Origin: Candidatus Krumholzibacteriales bacterium
GTDB taxonomy: Bacteria; Krumholzibacteriota; Krumholzibacteriia; Krumholzibacteriales; WJIX01
Assembly: GCA_046483305.1 (NCBI GenBank)
Contig: JAWODM010000032.1
Location: forward strand, 1 to 42,545
Direction: 5' to 3'
DNA length: 42,545 bases
The notes beneath the pieces are model-generated. The model saw nothing but the letters and a program-made list of their open reading frames with translations. It made no database searches and was not told the DNA's origin. Positions 27,144 to 36,575 of this stretch are shown here, piece by piece (positions within the stretch are counted from its first letter, which is position 1; every line of letters begins with the position of its first letter). The position numbers and the translations under genes are program-made.

Positions 27144-28349
27144 ATGAAAAGAATAAACACCTTACACATACTGATAACAGGGCTTGCTCTCAGATTAGCC
27201 TGGCTGCTTTATGCCAGGCCGGTACCGGTATCCGATTTCAAGGGGTATATGGACCTGGCTGAAGTTCTGCTGAAGACCGGGCAGTTCGGCGTCCATGATC
27301 CCACGGCGTTCCGGCTGCCCGCCTATCCGGCGTTCCTGGCGGCTGCCATGGTATTATCAAAGAGCGTTTTCTGGCTCAGTTTTCTGAATATTCTGCTGTC
27401 AACCGTAACCGTATATCTGGTTTATAGATTGGGAACCAGCCTGACCGGAAGAAGAGAAATCGGGATAATCAGCGGCTTTCTTTGCGCCCTCAACCCAACG
27501 TATATATTCTACTCGCCTCTTCTCGCTTCGGAACATCTCTATCTACCCCTTTTGCTGCTCTCTTTCGTTCTTGTAAGCAAATCATCGATAAGCCGTACTG
27601 TGCTGGCCGGGGCTTCCTTCGGCGCGGCGATGCTGACCCGGGGCGAAGCCCTGTTCCTGCTGCCGCTGTTTCTGGTATTGGTATGGATGATATGCCGCGG
27701 CAGCCTGAGCCCGGCCATCGCGCTTCTTGCCGTAATCTTTGTCATAACACCATGGTGCATACGGAACTACAGGCTAACGGACGGCGAAGTCCTGCTTTCG
27801 AGCACCGGGGGGATAAATTTTTATTACGCGCATAACGATAAGGAAGCCGGCTGGAGGCCTCTGGACGAAACGCCGCTTGCCGGCAAATCAGACATCGAGC
27901 AGAACCGGCTCGGGTACGAGCTGGGAATGAAATATCTTAAATCGGCCGGCGTTTCAGGGATACTGATAGATATAGCGAAAGGGACCAGAAACCTTTTTCT
28001 TACCGCTCCGTGTTACGTAACGCACTGGAACAGCCTGGCCCCTTCGCCCGGCCCGGAGGAGGGCCGGACTGTCAGAAAACTGCCCGGTATAAACTACTTC
28101 TGTAATCTGGCTTCATTGTGGTACTATGCGTTATTGGCATTAACAGCCGCTTCCATCTTTTTTATTCGTCGGTACCCGGTTAAATCCCGGGTTATGACCT
28201 ACGGGCTGATTTTTCTGATATGGGTTCTGTACGCTGCCGTTCTGTGGGGAGACGCAAGGTACAGATATGCGGCGGTTACCATGTTCTGTATCCTGTCGGC
28301 TGTCTCAATCCGGGAGATAGTCAATAAGTGGAAGGAAAGCCCGAATTAA
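27144..28349 (+). CDS. GT-C fold glycosyltransferase (ArnT/PMT_2-like)
   Basis: Polytopic membrane protein; SDFKGY, TAFRLPAYPAFLA, LLASEHL, PWCIRNY, GDARYRY. Confidence 0.8.
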   Translation: MKRINTLHILITGLALRLAWLLYARPVPVSDFKGYMDLAEVLLKTGQFGVHDPTAFRLPAYPAFLAAAMVLSKSVFWLSFLNILLSTVTVYLVYRLGTSLTGRREIGIISGFLCALNPTYIFYSPLLASEHLYLPLLLLSFVLVSKSSISRTVLAGASFGAAMLTRGEALFLLPLFLVLVWMICRGSLSPAIALLAVIFVITPWCIRNYRLTDGEVLLSSTGGINFYYAHNDKEAGWRPLDETPLAGKSDIEQNRLGYELGMKYLKSAGVSGILIDIAKGTRNLFLTAPCYVTHWNSLAPSPGPEEGRTVRKLPGINYFCNLASLWYYALLALTAASIFFIRRYPVKSRVMTYGLIFLIWVLYAAVLWGDARYRYAAVTMFCILSAVSIREIVNKWKESPN

Positions 28350-28515
28350 CTTTAAAGCAAGTTAAACAGAACACATTCGAAGGGGGTAAAATAACAGAGA
28401 ATCATGTGCGCCGGAACTCTTCGCGCTGGCTATCTGTTTAAAAATCATAGCAGCGGGTTAAATAACTCATTAACTTTTAATAATTATCCATTTACATGAA
28501 GGGAGTTGGAATCAA

Positions 28516-28995
28516 ATGGCAGCGATAGACGCACGTGAACTTATCAGGCTTGCTAAGAGAGACGAAGACGTCGGGGCGGAATTCTACCAGAAGCTCGCTG
28601 AAAAGGTAGAAAGTGAAAACCTTAAGGAAAAATTCCTGGAGATCAGGGAACAGGAGATCGGGCATTCCGAACGTTTTCAGAAGATGCTGGATCAGTTGAG
28701 CGACTATGTGCCCCAGGAGGATTTCCCGGGAGAGTATGAACAGTACTTCCAGTCATTTCTTTCCAAAAGGGAATATCTGGACAGCGACGACGCGGTGGAA
28801 GCGGCTTCCAGAATCAAGTCGGATATGGAAGCCATTAAATTCGCCCTGGGTCAGGAGAAGAACACCCTGCTGTTTTTCCTGGAGATGAAGGAGCTGCTTC
28901 CCTCCAGCCAGCACAGGGAAATGGTTCATGAGGTCATCGATGAGGAACGCGACCATATTGTCCAACTCTCCCAGATGATCATGGACCGGCTGTAG
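28516..28995 (+). CDS. Rubrerythrin/ferritin-like di-iron protein without rubredoxin domain
   Basis: Two ExxH motifs (EQEIGH, DEERDH) with E...FY / E...FF helices. Confidence 0.85.
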   Translation: MAAIDARELIRLAKRDEDVGAEFYQKLAEKVESENLKEKFLEIREQEIGHSERFQKMLDQLSDYVPQEDFPGEYEQYFQSFLSKREYLDSDDAVEAASRIKSDMEAIKFALGQEKNTLLFFLEMKELLPSSQHREMVHEVIDEERDHIVQLSQMIMDRL

Positions 28996-29018
28996 GCGCG
29001 GCAAGCCCGGCATCAGCC

Positions 29019-29819
29019 TTAAAGAGAGTTGATCTGGCTTCTTACCTCCGGAAGCCCGAACTTTCCGTAGAATTCTCTGCATATTTCCCAGAGGTCATCC
29101 GGGAACCGCTCTCTTACCCCGGCCAGTATGCCAGCCGGTATCTCCCGGTAATAAGCCTCCGCTATGCTTCCGGTTATGCATGCCAGGGTGTCGCTGTCGC
29201 CTCCCAATGAGACAGCGTTTCTCACCGCATCTTCGAAAGAGACCGAGTCCAGGAAACATACGATAGCTTCCGGGACTGTCTTCTGGCAGCTCTCCTCCCA
29301 CCGGTACTCCGGCCTGATATCCATAACGGTCCTGTTGAGGTCGTACCCTGACTCTTCCTCGATCTTCTTCTCTATTTCATCCTTTCCTTCTCCGGCGGCG
29401 GCCAGAAATACGGCCAGGGCGGTTGCCCTCGCCCCCCTTATCCCCTCCGGGTGATTGTGAGTTATCTCGGCGCTCTTTTCCGCCTCGGCCAGCACCTCTT
29501 CCGGGGTGTCAAAGGCGAACCCCACCGGCGAAACCCTCATGGCGGAACCGTTGCCCCAGCTGTAGTAGGGCTCATCGATCATCCCCATAAGCCACAGGAT
29601 GAATGACCCGCCGTACCCTGATTCCGGATAGCGGTTCCCTATTTCCCTGATCGATTCTCCATACGGTATTCCCCGGTTGATGGCATGAGCGACCGCCATG
29701 GTGAGGACCGTATCGTCGGTAATGCGGGACTTCTCTGAAAATAAAGGGAAGTCCTTGCTTTTTATGGGGCTGAATTCATATACCGAACCGATTATATCTC
29801 CCGCGGCCGCCCCTATCAT
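29019..29819 (-). CDS. ADP-ribosylglycohydrolase family protein
   Basis: GAAAGDIIG, TDDTVLT, GNGSAMRVSP, THNHPEG, GGDSDTLACITG. Confidence 0.92.
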   Translation of the reverse strand: MIGAAAGDIIGSVYEFSPIKSKDFPLFSEKSRITDDTVLTMAVAHAINRGIPYGESIREIGNRYPESGYGGSFILWLMGMIDEPYYSWGNGSAMRVSPVGFAFDTPEEVLAEAEKSAEITHNHPEGIRGARATALAVFLAAAGEGKDEIEKKIEEESGYDLNRTVMDIRPEYRWEESCQKTVPEAIVCFLDSVSFEDAVRNAVSLGGDSDTLACITGSIAEAYYREIPAGILAGVRERFPDDLWEICREFYGKFGLPEVRSQINSL

Positions 29820-30083
29820 AAATATCCCTCCGTATTCATGTAACTTAATGCGGTAAAGAATGTTCCATGAAAAGATAATATACCATCAGAGGTCAAATTC
29901 AAAGAGCAATAAGTCGGCAGGGCGGCCGCTTTTCTGATGCTCTGGACCGCCCCGGATACCGGTTCGTGGCCGCCTCAGATCGGGCAAGGCAAGATAATAA
30001 TTTTTCCTTTATATCTGATTGAAAAAAATGTATATTAGAGCCCTACGTGAACTACTGAATCATATGATGGAGGCCCGCCTGTT

Positions 30084-33000
30084 ATGAAGAATCGCTCTCT
30101 GGAGAAAGTTAAAGAAGCTCATGAAGTTATAGCAGAACTTCCATTCGAGATAATCGAACTGGAAAGAGGTTATTCCAACCGAACTCTCAGAATCGATATC
30201 GGGAATAACGAAATTTCCACACATCCGGTGACCGAGCAGATGAAAGAGCTCTGGACCGGGGGGAAGGGTTTTGACCTCTGGCTGATGTTCCAGGAAATAG
30301 ACGGCAACACCAGATGGGACGACCCCCGGAACCCGATCTGTTTCTCTCCGGGCCCGCTGGGAGGGACCACCTCCTTCCCCGGTTCAGGAAAGACTCTGGT
30401 CACCGCCATCTCCCCTTCCACACATTCGATAATGGATTGTAATGTAGGAGGTTTCTTCGGGCCCTATCTGAAGTTCGCCGGTTTTGACGCCCTGGCAGTG
30501 GTGGGTAAGGCGGATGAGAATATCATAATAGTAATCGACGCGGTCAACGGGAAGATCACCATAGAGAAGGCCCCTCTCGAAAGTATAGATTCCCACAAGG
30601 TATGCGAGGAGCTCACCGGGATGTACGCGGACAACGAGGCGGGCAAGAGGCATGTTACCGTCGTAGCCGCGGGAAGAGGGGCCGATCACACCAACATGGG
30701 AATTCTCAATTTTTCGTTCTACGACTGGCGGCGCAAATTCCCCAGGGTCAAGCAGGCAGGGAGGGGCGGCATCGGCACCGTCTTCAGGAACAAGAAGATA
30801 AAAGCTATCGTCCTGAAGGGAAAAGAGGTAAAACCCCCATGGACCATCAAGGAAAACAAGGTAGCGAAGATGGTTCAGCCGGAGGAGGTTCCGGTTCAGG
30901 AGAGCAGGGAAGAAATAGAAGAGATAAAGGAGATTGTGCGGAAGTGGGACTGCGACCCCGAATACGTTATCGAGATGATGCAGGATATCCAGGACAGGTT
31001 CCGGTTCATCTCGGAGACAGCCCTGGATAAGATCTGTGAAATAACCGGGAAACCGAAAGCCTATCTCTATCATATAGCCACATTCTACAAGGCGTTCAGC
31101 CTCGAGCCGAAGGGCGAGACTATCGTGCAGGTATGCATGGGCACCACCTGCCACGTCAAGGGCGCGGCAAAAGTTCTGGACAGTTTCGAGAGAGTGCTGG
31201 GGGTGCGAACCGGCGAGACCACCACGGACAGAAAATACACCCTGGAAGCGGTGGCATGCCTGGGCGCCTGCAGTATCGCCCCGGTGGTTAAGATCGGGGA
31301 AGAGGTCTACGGTAATGTGAAGGCCAGGGATGTGGAAAAACTGCTGAAAAAAGCGCAGGATGCCCCGGCAGAAGAACAGGAGCCCCAGACTGAAACCGGC
31401 GGGTCGGCAAAGAGGATTTCCCCGGAGGACCTGGAGAAGATAACGGAAAAAGAAAAGAAGAGAGAAGAGGGGTATAAGGGGATGCTTAAAGTCTGCACCG
31501 GTACCGGGTGTGTCTCCGCGGGGGGATTCAGGATCGAAGAGAAACTCAATGACGTTCTGAACGAAAAAGGGATGGAGGACGACTACCTGGTGGTGGCGAC
31601 CGGATGCAACGGGTTCTGCGCAATGGGCCCGATCGTGGTAGTCCAGCCGGAGGGAATCTTCTATCAGAAGATCAGGGAAAAGGACGTCGACGAGATAGTA
31701 GACTCGCTGGCGGAAGGAAAGACCGTAGAGCGGCTTCTTCACCGGGACCCCGTGAGCGGAGAAACAAACACGCACATCGATGACATTGACTTCTTCAGCA
31801 AGCAGGAGCTGATAGCGCTGAGGAACAAGGGAATCATCGACCCCGAGGATATAGACCAGTATATCGCCAGGGGCGGATACAGATCCATCCGGAAGGTCCT
31901 TGAAGACAACGACCCGGAAGGAGTGGTGGAGGAAGTAATCTCCTCCGGGATAAGAGGGCGCGGAGGAGGCGGCTTCCCGGCTGGAATAAAGTGGAAGTCT
32001 GGACGGGAGGCGGCCGCCGGGATGGAAGAAGAGATATATGTAGTCTGCAACGCCGATGAGGGCGACCCCGGAGCTTTCATGGACAGGAGCATCATAGAAA
32101 CAGACCCGCACTCGGTAATAGAGGGAATGCTGATAGGGGGATTCGCGACCGGGGCCGGGGAAGGATTCATATACATAAGGAAAGAATACCCTCTGGCGAT
32201 GGAGAGGCTCAAGAAAGCCATATCCAGCTGCCGCGAACGCGGCCTGCTGGGTGAAGATATACTGGGGAGCGGATTCAGTTTTGATATCAACGTTCACCGG
32301 GGCGCGGGAGCGTTTGTGTGCGGCGAGTCCAGCGCCCTGATGAAGTCCATGTCGGGGCTGGCCGGGGAACCCCGTTCCAAGTACGTGCACAGCGTCGAGC
32401 AGGGTTTCAGGGATAAGCCGACAGTTCTGAACAACGTGGAAACCTGGGCCAACATCCCGGTAATAATAGAGAAAGGGAGCGAATGGTTCGCCTCCATAGG
32501 CTCGGGCGATGTCAGCGAGAATCCCTGGAACGGCTCCAGCGGCACCAAGGTGTTCTCGCTGGTGGGCGACATCACAAATACCGGGCTGGTGGAAGTCCCG
32601 ATGGGGATTACTCTCAGGGAGATAATAGAGGATATCGGAGGCGGGATACCGGACGGAAGAAAGTTCAAGGCGGTACAGACGGGAGGGCCCTCCGGGGGAT
32701 GCCTGCCCGCCGGAATGCTGGATATGGAGGTCGATTTCGATTCGCTCTCCGAAGCCGGCTCGATGATGGGTTCGGGCGGAATGATAGTGATGGACGACAA
32801 GACCTGCATGGTTGACGTTGCGAGTTACTTCATCGATTTTCTGATGGATGAATCGTGCGGAAGGTGTACCGCATGCAGGGAGGGGCTCTTTCACGTCAAT
32901 AAGATACTGACGCGGATATGTGAAGGCGAGGGCAGGGAAGGTGATATCGAAGTCCTGGAAGAGCTCTGCTCCACAATCAGGGATACCAGCCTCTGTGACC

Positions 33001-33287
33001 TGGGAGGCTCGGCCCCCAACCCGGTGCTGAGCACCATAAAATACTTCCGGGACGAATACGAAGAGCATATAAGGGAAGGAAAGTGCAGGGCGGGAGTATG
33101 CAAGGCCCTGGTAACCTACAGCATAGATCCGGAAAACTGCACCGGCTGCAGGGCCTGCGCGCTGGCCTGCCCGGTGGAAGCGATAACTGGAGAAAAGAAA
33201 AAGACTCATGTGATAGACACCGACAAATGCATAAAATGCGGCATCTGTTTCGAGAGCTGCAACTTTGACGCCGTGGAGGTGATATGA
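30084..33287 (+). CDS. Fusion protein: AOR N-terminal domain + NuoE/HydC-like + NuoF/HydB-like (FMN/NAD-binding, Fe-S)
   Basis: About 30084-30830 is AFOR_N (GGKG, SPGPL, ISPST, GGFFGPYLKFAGFDA, AGRGGIGTVFRNKKIKAIV). About 30910-31350 is NuoE (ATFY, CMGTTCH, CLGAC). About 31415-33287 is HydB (CTGTGC/GCNGFC, RGRGGGGFP, CNADEGDPGAFMDR, GAGAFVCGE, GGPSG, CGRCTAC, two C-terminal [4Fe-4S] motifs). Confidence 0.92.
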   Translation: MKNRSLEKVKEAHEVIAELPFEIIELERGYSNRTLRIDIGNNEISTHPVTEQMKELWTGGKGFDLWLMFQEIDGNTRWDDPRNPICFSPGPLGGTTSFPGSGKTLVTAISPSTHSIMDCNVGGFFGPYLKFAGFDALAVVGKADENIIIVIDAVNGKITIEKAPLESIDSHKVCEELTGMYADNEAGKRHVTVVAAGRGADHTNMGILNFSFYDWRRKFPRVKQAGRGGIGTVFRNKKIKAIVLKGKEVKPPWTIKENKVAKMVQPEEVPVQESREEIEEIKEIVRKWDCDPEYVIEMMQDIQDRFRFISETALDKICEITGKPKAYLYHIATFYKAFSLEPKGETIVQVCMGTTCHVKGAAKVLDSFERVLGVRTGETTTDRKYTLEAVACLGACSIAPVVKIGEEVYGNVKARDVEKLLKKAQDAPAEEQEPQTETGGSAKRISPEDLEKITEKEKKREEGYKGMLKVCTGTGCVSAGGFRIEEKLNDVLNEKGMEDDYLVVATGCNGFCAMGPIVVVQPEGIFYQKIREKDVDEIVDSLAEGKTVERLLHRDPVSGETNTHIDDIDFFSKQELIALRNKGIIDPEDIDQYIARGGYRSIRKVLEDNDPEGVVEEVISSGIRGRGGGGFPAGIKWKSGREAAAGMEEEIYVVCNADEGDPGAFMDRSIIETDPHSVIEGMLIGGFATGAGEGFIYIRKEYPLAMERLKKAISSCRERGLLGEDILGSGFSFDINVHRGAGAFVCGESSALMKSMSGLAGEPRSKYVHSVEQGFRDKPTVLNNVETWANIPVIIEKGSEWFASIGSGDVSENPWNGSSGTKVFSLVGDITNTGLVEVPMGITLREIIEDIGGGIPDGRKFKAVQTGGPSGGCLPAGMLDMEVDFDSLSEAGSMMGSGGMIVMDDKTCMVDVASYFIDFLMDESCGRCTACREGLFHVNKILTRICEGEGREGDIEVLEELCSTIRDTSLCDLGGSAPNPVLSTIKYFRDEYEEHIREGKCRAGVCKALVTYSIDPENCTGCRACALACPVEAITGEKKKTHVIDTDKCIKCGICFESCNFDAVEVI

Positions 33288-35281
33288 TGGCCGAGGAAAA
33301 GATCAACATAACGGTCAACGGCAAATCGATTGAAGCGGTCAAGGGCAGATACCTGATGGATATTCTGAATGAAAACGGTATAAGGGTTCCCACTCTCTGC
33401 CATCACAAGGACCTTCCGCCTTCAGGCACCTGCAGAATGTGCATGGTGGAGATCGAGCGCAACGGCAGGAAAAAGCTGGTCACCTCCTGCAACTACCCGG
33501 TCCGTTCGGAAATAAAAGTGGAAACGGAATCGGAGAGAGTGGTCAAACACCGCAAGCGGCTGGCGGAGATGTACCTGGGCCGCTGGCCCAATGTCCGCCC
33601 CGTCCAGGATCTGGCGGAGCAGTGCGGGGTAGCCGGCAGCGAAAAGTTCAGGAGCGAGCTGACCGACGAGGACCCCAACGCCTGTATCCTCTGCGGAAGG
33701 TGCAAAAGGGCCTGTGAGGAATTCATCCTGGAGAGGATGCTCGACTTTGCCGGGCGCGGAATAAAGCGCCACATGACCATGCCTTTCGGCAAGGAGGACC
33801 CTCACTGTATAGGATGCAGCTGCTGCGAATATGTCTGCCCCACCGGGGCCATCAGGATGGGCGAAAGCCTGAATCATCCCGCCGACGAGAAGATGATCAG
33901 AAACTACGGGATGCGGATCAACGCCGAGATGGCGAACCTGGACGACCAGCAGTGCAGGATGCGCCAGGTGGGGACCGCCAATATAGTCGATGTGATGGAT
34001 GCCTATGACCTGCTCCCCGTCCATAATTACAAATACGGGAAGCACGAGGATACTCCCAGGATAAACTCGGTCAGGCTCAAGGCGGAATATTTCACCCAGG
34101 GGATGGCGGACGGCTGCTGGAAGGGATGCTCCATGGCCTGCGCCAAGACCATAGATAATTTCGAGATCAAAACCGGGCCCTACAAAGGCGAGAAAGTGGT
34201 GGTGGACGGCCCGGAATACGAAACCGCCGCCGCCTGCGCCAATATGGGCTGTTTCGACGGCGACTTCGCCGCCGAGTTCAATTTCTATTGCGATACCTAC
34301 GGGATCGATACCATTTCGATGGGCACCTGTATGGCCTTCGTGATGGAATGCTACGAGAACGGCATTATCGACAAAGAGGTCACCGGAGGCAAAGAGCTGA
34401 ATTTCGGAGCCACCGGCGAAGTGCTGCAGTGCCTTCATGAGATGGCAGAGGGCGAAGGTTTCGGTGTGGAGGTGGGACAGGGAGTCCGCTACCTCAAGAA
34501 TAAATGGATCAAGGAGCTGGGAGCGGATCCCGATTTTCTGCGGGACATCGGGATGGAGACCAAGGGACTGGAATTCTCCGAATACGTCACCAAGGAATCA
34601 CTGGCCCAGCAGGCCGGTTACGCCCTGGCGGTAAAGGGGCCGCAACACGACGAATCCTGGCTGATATTCATGGATATGGTCAACAACCAGATCCCCACTT
34701 TCAAGGACAAGGCGGAAGCCCTCTATTACTTCCCCCTCTGGAGAACCTGGTTCGGGCTTCACGGCCTCTGCAAGCTGCTATGGAACGATATAACCCCTGA
34801 GAGCAACAAGAACTACCCGCCCAACGAGGCGGCCAAGATACCCGAGCATGTGGAAGATTTCCTTAAATTCTACGAAGGTATGACCGGCAAGGAACTTGAC
34901 GAAGAAGGTATGCTGGAACAGTCGGCCCGGGTTCACACCCTCCAGCGCCTTATGTGCAGGATGCTCGGTTTCGGCACCAGGAAAGACGATTATCCCCCTT
35001 ACCGGGCGGTCGGCCCGGTGACGGCGGAAGAGTACGAATCCAGAGCTGAAAGGTATGACAAACAGCTGAAGGAGATTGTCGGATTCGACCCGGAAGGGAA
35101 ATCTACCGAAGAGAAGATGAAGGCGCTGCGCGAATACCGGGAGGATCAGTACGAGCAGGTGATGGACGCAGCCTACCAGCGGAAGGGATGGGACAATAAC
35201 GGGGTTCCGACAGTGGAAAGGCTCAAAGAGCTGGGAATAGACCTTCCCGAGCTGGTCGAGATCGTAAAAACAGGCGGTTGA
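33284..35281 (+). CDS. Fusion protein: HydA/NuoG-like Fe-S module + AOR C-terminal domains 2 and 3
   Basis: About 33284-33858: PTLC, CRMC and TSC [2Fe-2S] ligands, CILCGRCKRAC, CIGCSCCEYVCP. About 33868-35281: AFOR_C (CWKGCSMAC, GPEYET, DTYGIDTIS, KGLE, GLCK, GWDNNGVPTVERLKELG). ATGA overlap with the upstream gene. Confidence 0.92.
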   Translation: MMAEEKINITVNGKSIEAVKGRYLMDILNENGIRVPTLCHHKDLPPSGTCRMCMVEIERNGRKKLVTSCNYPVRSEIKVETESERVVKHRKRLAEMYLGRWPNVRPVQDLAEQCGVAGSEKFRSELTDEDPNACILCGRCKRACEEFILERMLDFAGRGIKRHMTMPFGKEDPHCIGCSCCEYVCPTGAIRMGESLNHPADEKMIRNYGMRINAEMANLDDQQCRMRQVGTANIVDVMDAYDLLPVHNYKYGKHEDTPRINSVRLKAEYFTQGMADGCWKGCSMACAKTIDNFEIKTGPYKGEKVVVDGPEYETAAACANMGCFDGDFAAEFNFYCDTYGIDTISMGTCMAFVMECYENGIIDKEVTGGKELNFGATGEVLQCLHEMAEGEGFGVEVGQGVRYLKNKWIKELGADPDFLRDIGMETKGLEFSEYVTKESLAQQAGYALAVKGPQHDESWLIFMDMVNNQIPTFKDKAEALYYFPLWRTWFGLHGLCKLLWNDITPESNKNYPPNEAAKIPEHVEDFLKFYEGMTGKELDEEGMLEQSARVHTLQRLMCRMLGFGTRKDDYPPYRAVGPVTAEEYESRAERYDKQLKEIVGFDPEGKSTEEKMKALREYREDQYEQVMDAAYQRKGWDNNGVPTVERLKELGIDLPELVEIVKTGG

Positions 35282-35288
35282 TCTGTGT

Positions 35289-35903
35289 ATGACAGGCGAA
35301 AAACCCACCATATTCGATAGAAACGTACCCGGAACTACAGAGGTGCTTCAGCGATCTGTTATCGGAATAGCGGGGTGCGGAGGCCTCGGCTCCAACGCGG
35401 CTGTCTCCCTGGCCAGAGCCGGTGCGGGAACACTGATCCTGGCCGACCGGGACTCGGTGGAACTCTCCAACCTCAACCGCCAATGCTACTTCAGAGCTGA
35501 TATCGGGGAACCGAAGACGGAGGCTCTGGCCCGCCACCTCAGGGAAATAAATGAAAATATACGGCTGGCCCTGCACAGAGCGGAACTGACCCCCGGGAAC
35601 GTCATGGAGATTTTCGGCGAGGCGGACCTGTTGATAGAGGCGCTGGACCGGGCTGAAAGCAAGAGATGGCTTATAGAGGCCTGGTGTTCGGCGGCCGGAA
35701 GCAGGCCGATAGTCGTGGGCAGCGGAATCGGCGGGGCCGGCCGAACCGGCGACCTGAAGGTGCGCTCTTCCGGTAATATCCATATCTGCGGGGATGAACA
35801 GAGCAGTTCGGAGGAGGGGCTCTGCGCGCCCAGAGTCTGCGCCGTAGCCAGCATGCAGGCAAATACAGCCATAGAACTTCTCATGAAGACAAAGGGAAAA
35901 TAG
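35289..35903 (+). CDS. thiF: ThiF/MoeB-family sulfur-carrier adenylyltransferase
   Basis: GIAGCGGLGS, DRDSVELSNLNRQ, IEALD; short type without CxxC zinc motifs. Confidence 0.88.
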   Translation: MTGEKPTIFDRNVPGTTEVLQRSVIGIAGCGGLGSNAAVSLARAGAGTLILADRDSVELSNLNRQCYFRADIGEPKTEALARHLREINENIRLALHRAELTPGNVMEIFGEADLLIEALDRAESKRWLIEAWCSAAGSRPIVVGSGIGGAGRTGDLKVRSSGNIHICGDEQSSSEEGLCAPRVCAVASMQANTAIELLMKTKGK

Positions 35904-36104
35904 ATGATAACGGTTAACAACAGGGATAAACTTGAGTGGCGTGCGGGGATGACGGTCCAGGACCTTCTTGATGAGATGGGTTACAGCTACTCTCTGATCA
36001 CCGTCACAGTGAATGATACCCTGGTAAGTAAAAGTGAATACAACAGCTACCAGATAGAAGACGGCTCCGATGTCACTGTTTTCCACCTGGCCCACGGGGG
36101 CTGA
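35904..36104 (+). CDS. thiS: ThiS/MoaD ubiquitin-like sulfur carrier
   Basis: 66 aa: MITVN, TVQDLL, VTVND, C-terminal di-glycine (AHGG). Confidence 0.88.
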   Translation: MITVNNRDKLEWRAGMTVQDLLDEMGYSYSLITVTVNDTLVSKSEYNSYQIEDGSDVTVFHLAHGG

Positions 36105-36142
36105 TCAGTCTAATACCGGCACCTGGCAGCGAACGCGGCCGG

Positions 36143-36550
36143 CTACTGCGCGTTCGGCTTATAGATGAATTCCCTGCTGTCAATTACCGAGCTGTCCGGC
36201 GCGGTTACATCCACCCTCCATGTCCCGTCCCATGAATCTATCATCCTCTTGGAGCTCCAGGTACGCCAGGATGCGGATTTTACCGGCAGCATTACCCTGG
36301 CCATCTCTTCGCCGCCGTAATACCAGACATGATAGACGGTAGTGGTGTCGGAAGCTCCGGTTATTCTGGTAAAACAATAGATCTTATCTATGGGCCCGAA
36401 GAACTGGCTGCTCTCCCCGACCGGTTCCAGGTTATTTATCCCCCTGCAGATAACCATATCCTCCGCCTCTATCTCTCCGGCCCGGGCGCTTGAGCCCACT
36501 GAGATAAAGATAAAAAGCAATAAAACCAAAATTCCCTGGCGTTTCATCAT
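36143..36550 (-). CDS. Secreted DUF2914-domain protein
   Basis: Signal peptide; IYCFT, VYHVWY, WRTWSSK, GTWRVDV. Start is ATG 36550 or 36547. Confidence 0.8.
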   Translation of the reverse strand: MMKRQGILVLLLFIFISVGSSARAGEIEAEDMVICRGINNLEPVGESSQFFGPIDKIYCFTRITGASDTTTVYHVWYYGGEEMARVMLPVKSASWRTWSSKRMIDSWDGTWRVDVTAPDSSVIDSREFIYKPNAQ

Positions 36551-36575
36551 TTCCTCCATTGAAAAAAGCTCATTA

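Noticed and set aside
28516..29819. DraT/DraG-like ADP-ribosylation switch controlling the AOR complex
   Set aside because: No ADP-ribosyltransferase is nearby; the hydrolase is a widespread stand-alone type, and adjacency alone is insufficient.
30384..33209. 941-aa antisense ORF opposite the AOR-NuoEF fusion
   Set aside because: It lies entirely opposite a strongly motif-bearing gene and has no recognisable motifs, typical of a codon-bias shadow ORF. The same applies to the other nested and antisense ORFs in the track.
30084..35281. AOR pseudogene disrupted by an insertion, or complex I / [FeFe]-hydrogenase genes
   Set aside because: Both junctions are in frame and the motifs are intact. 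There are no membrane nuo genes and no H-cluster motifs.
35289..36104. Thiamine biosynthesis operon or TPP riboswitch
   Set aside because: No thiG, thiH, thiE or thiC and no riboswitch leader; the genes directly follow the AOR genes.
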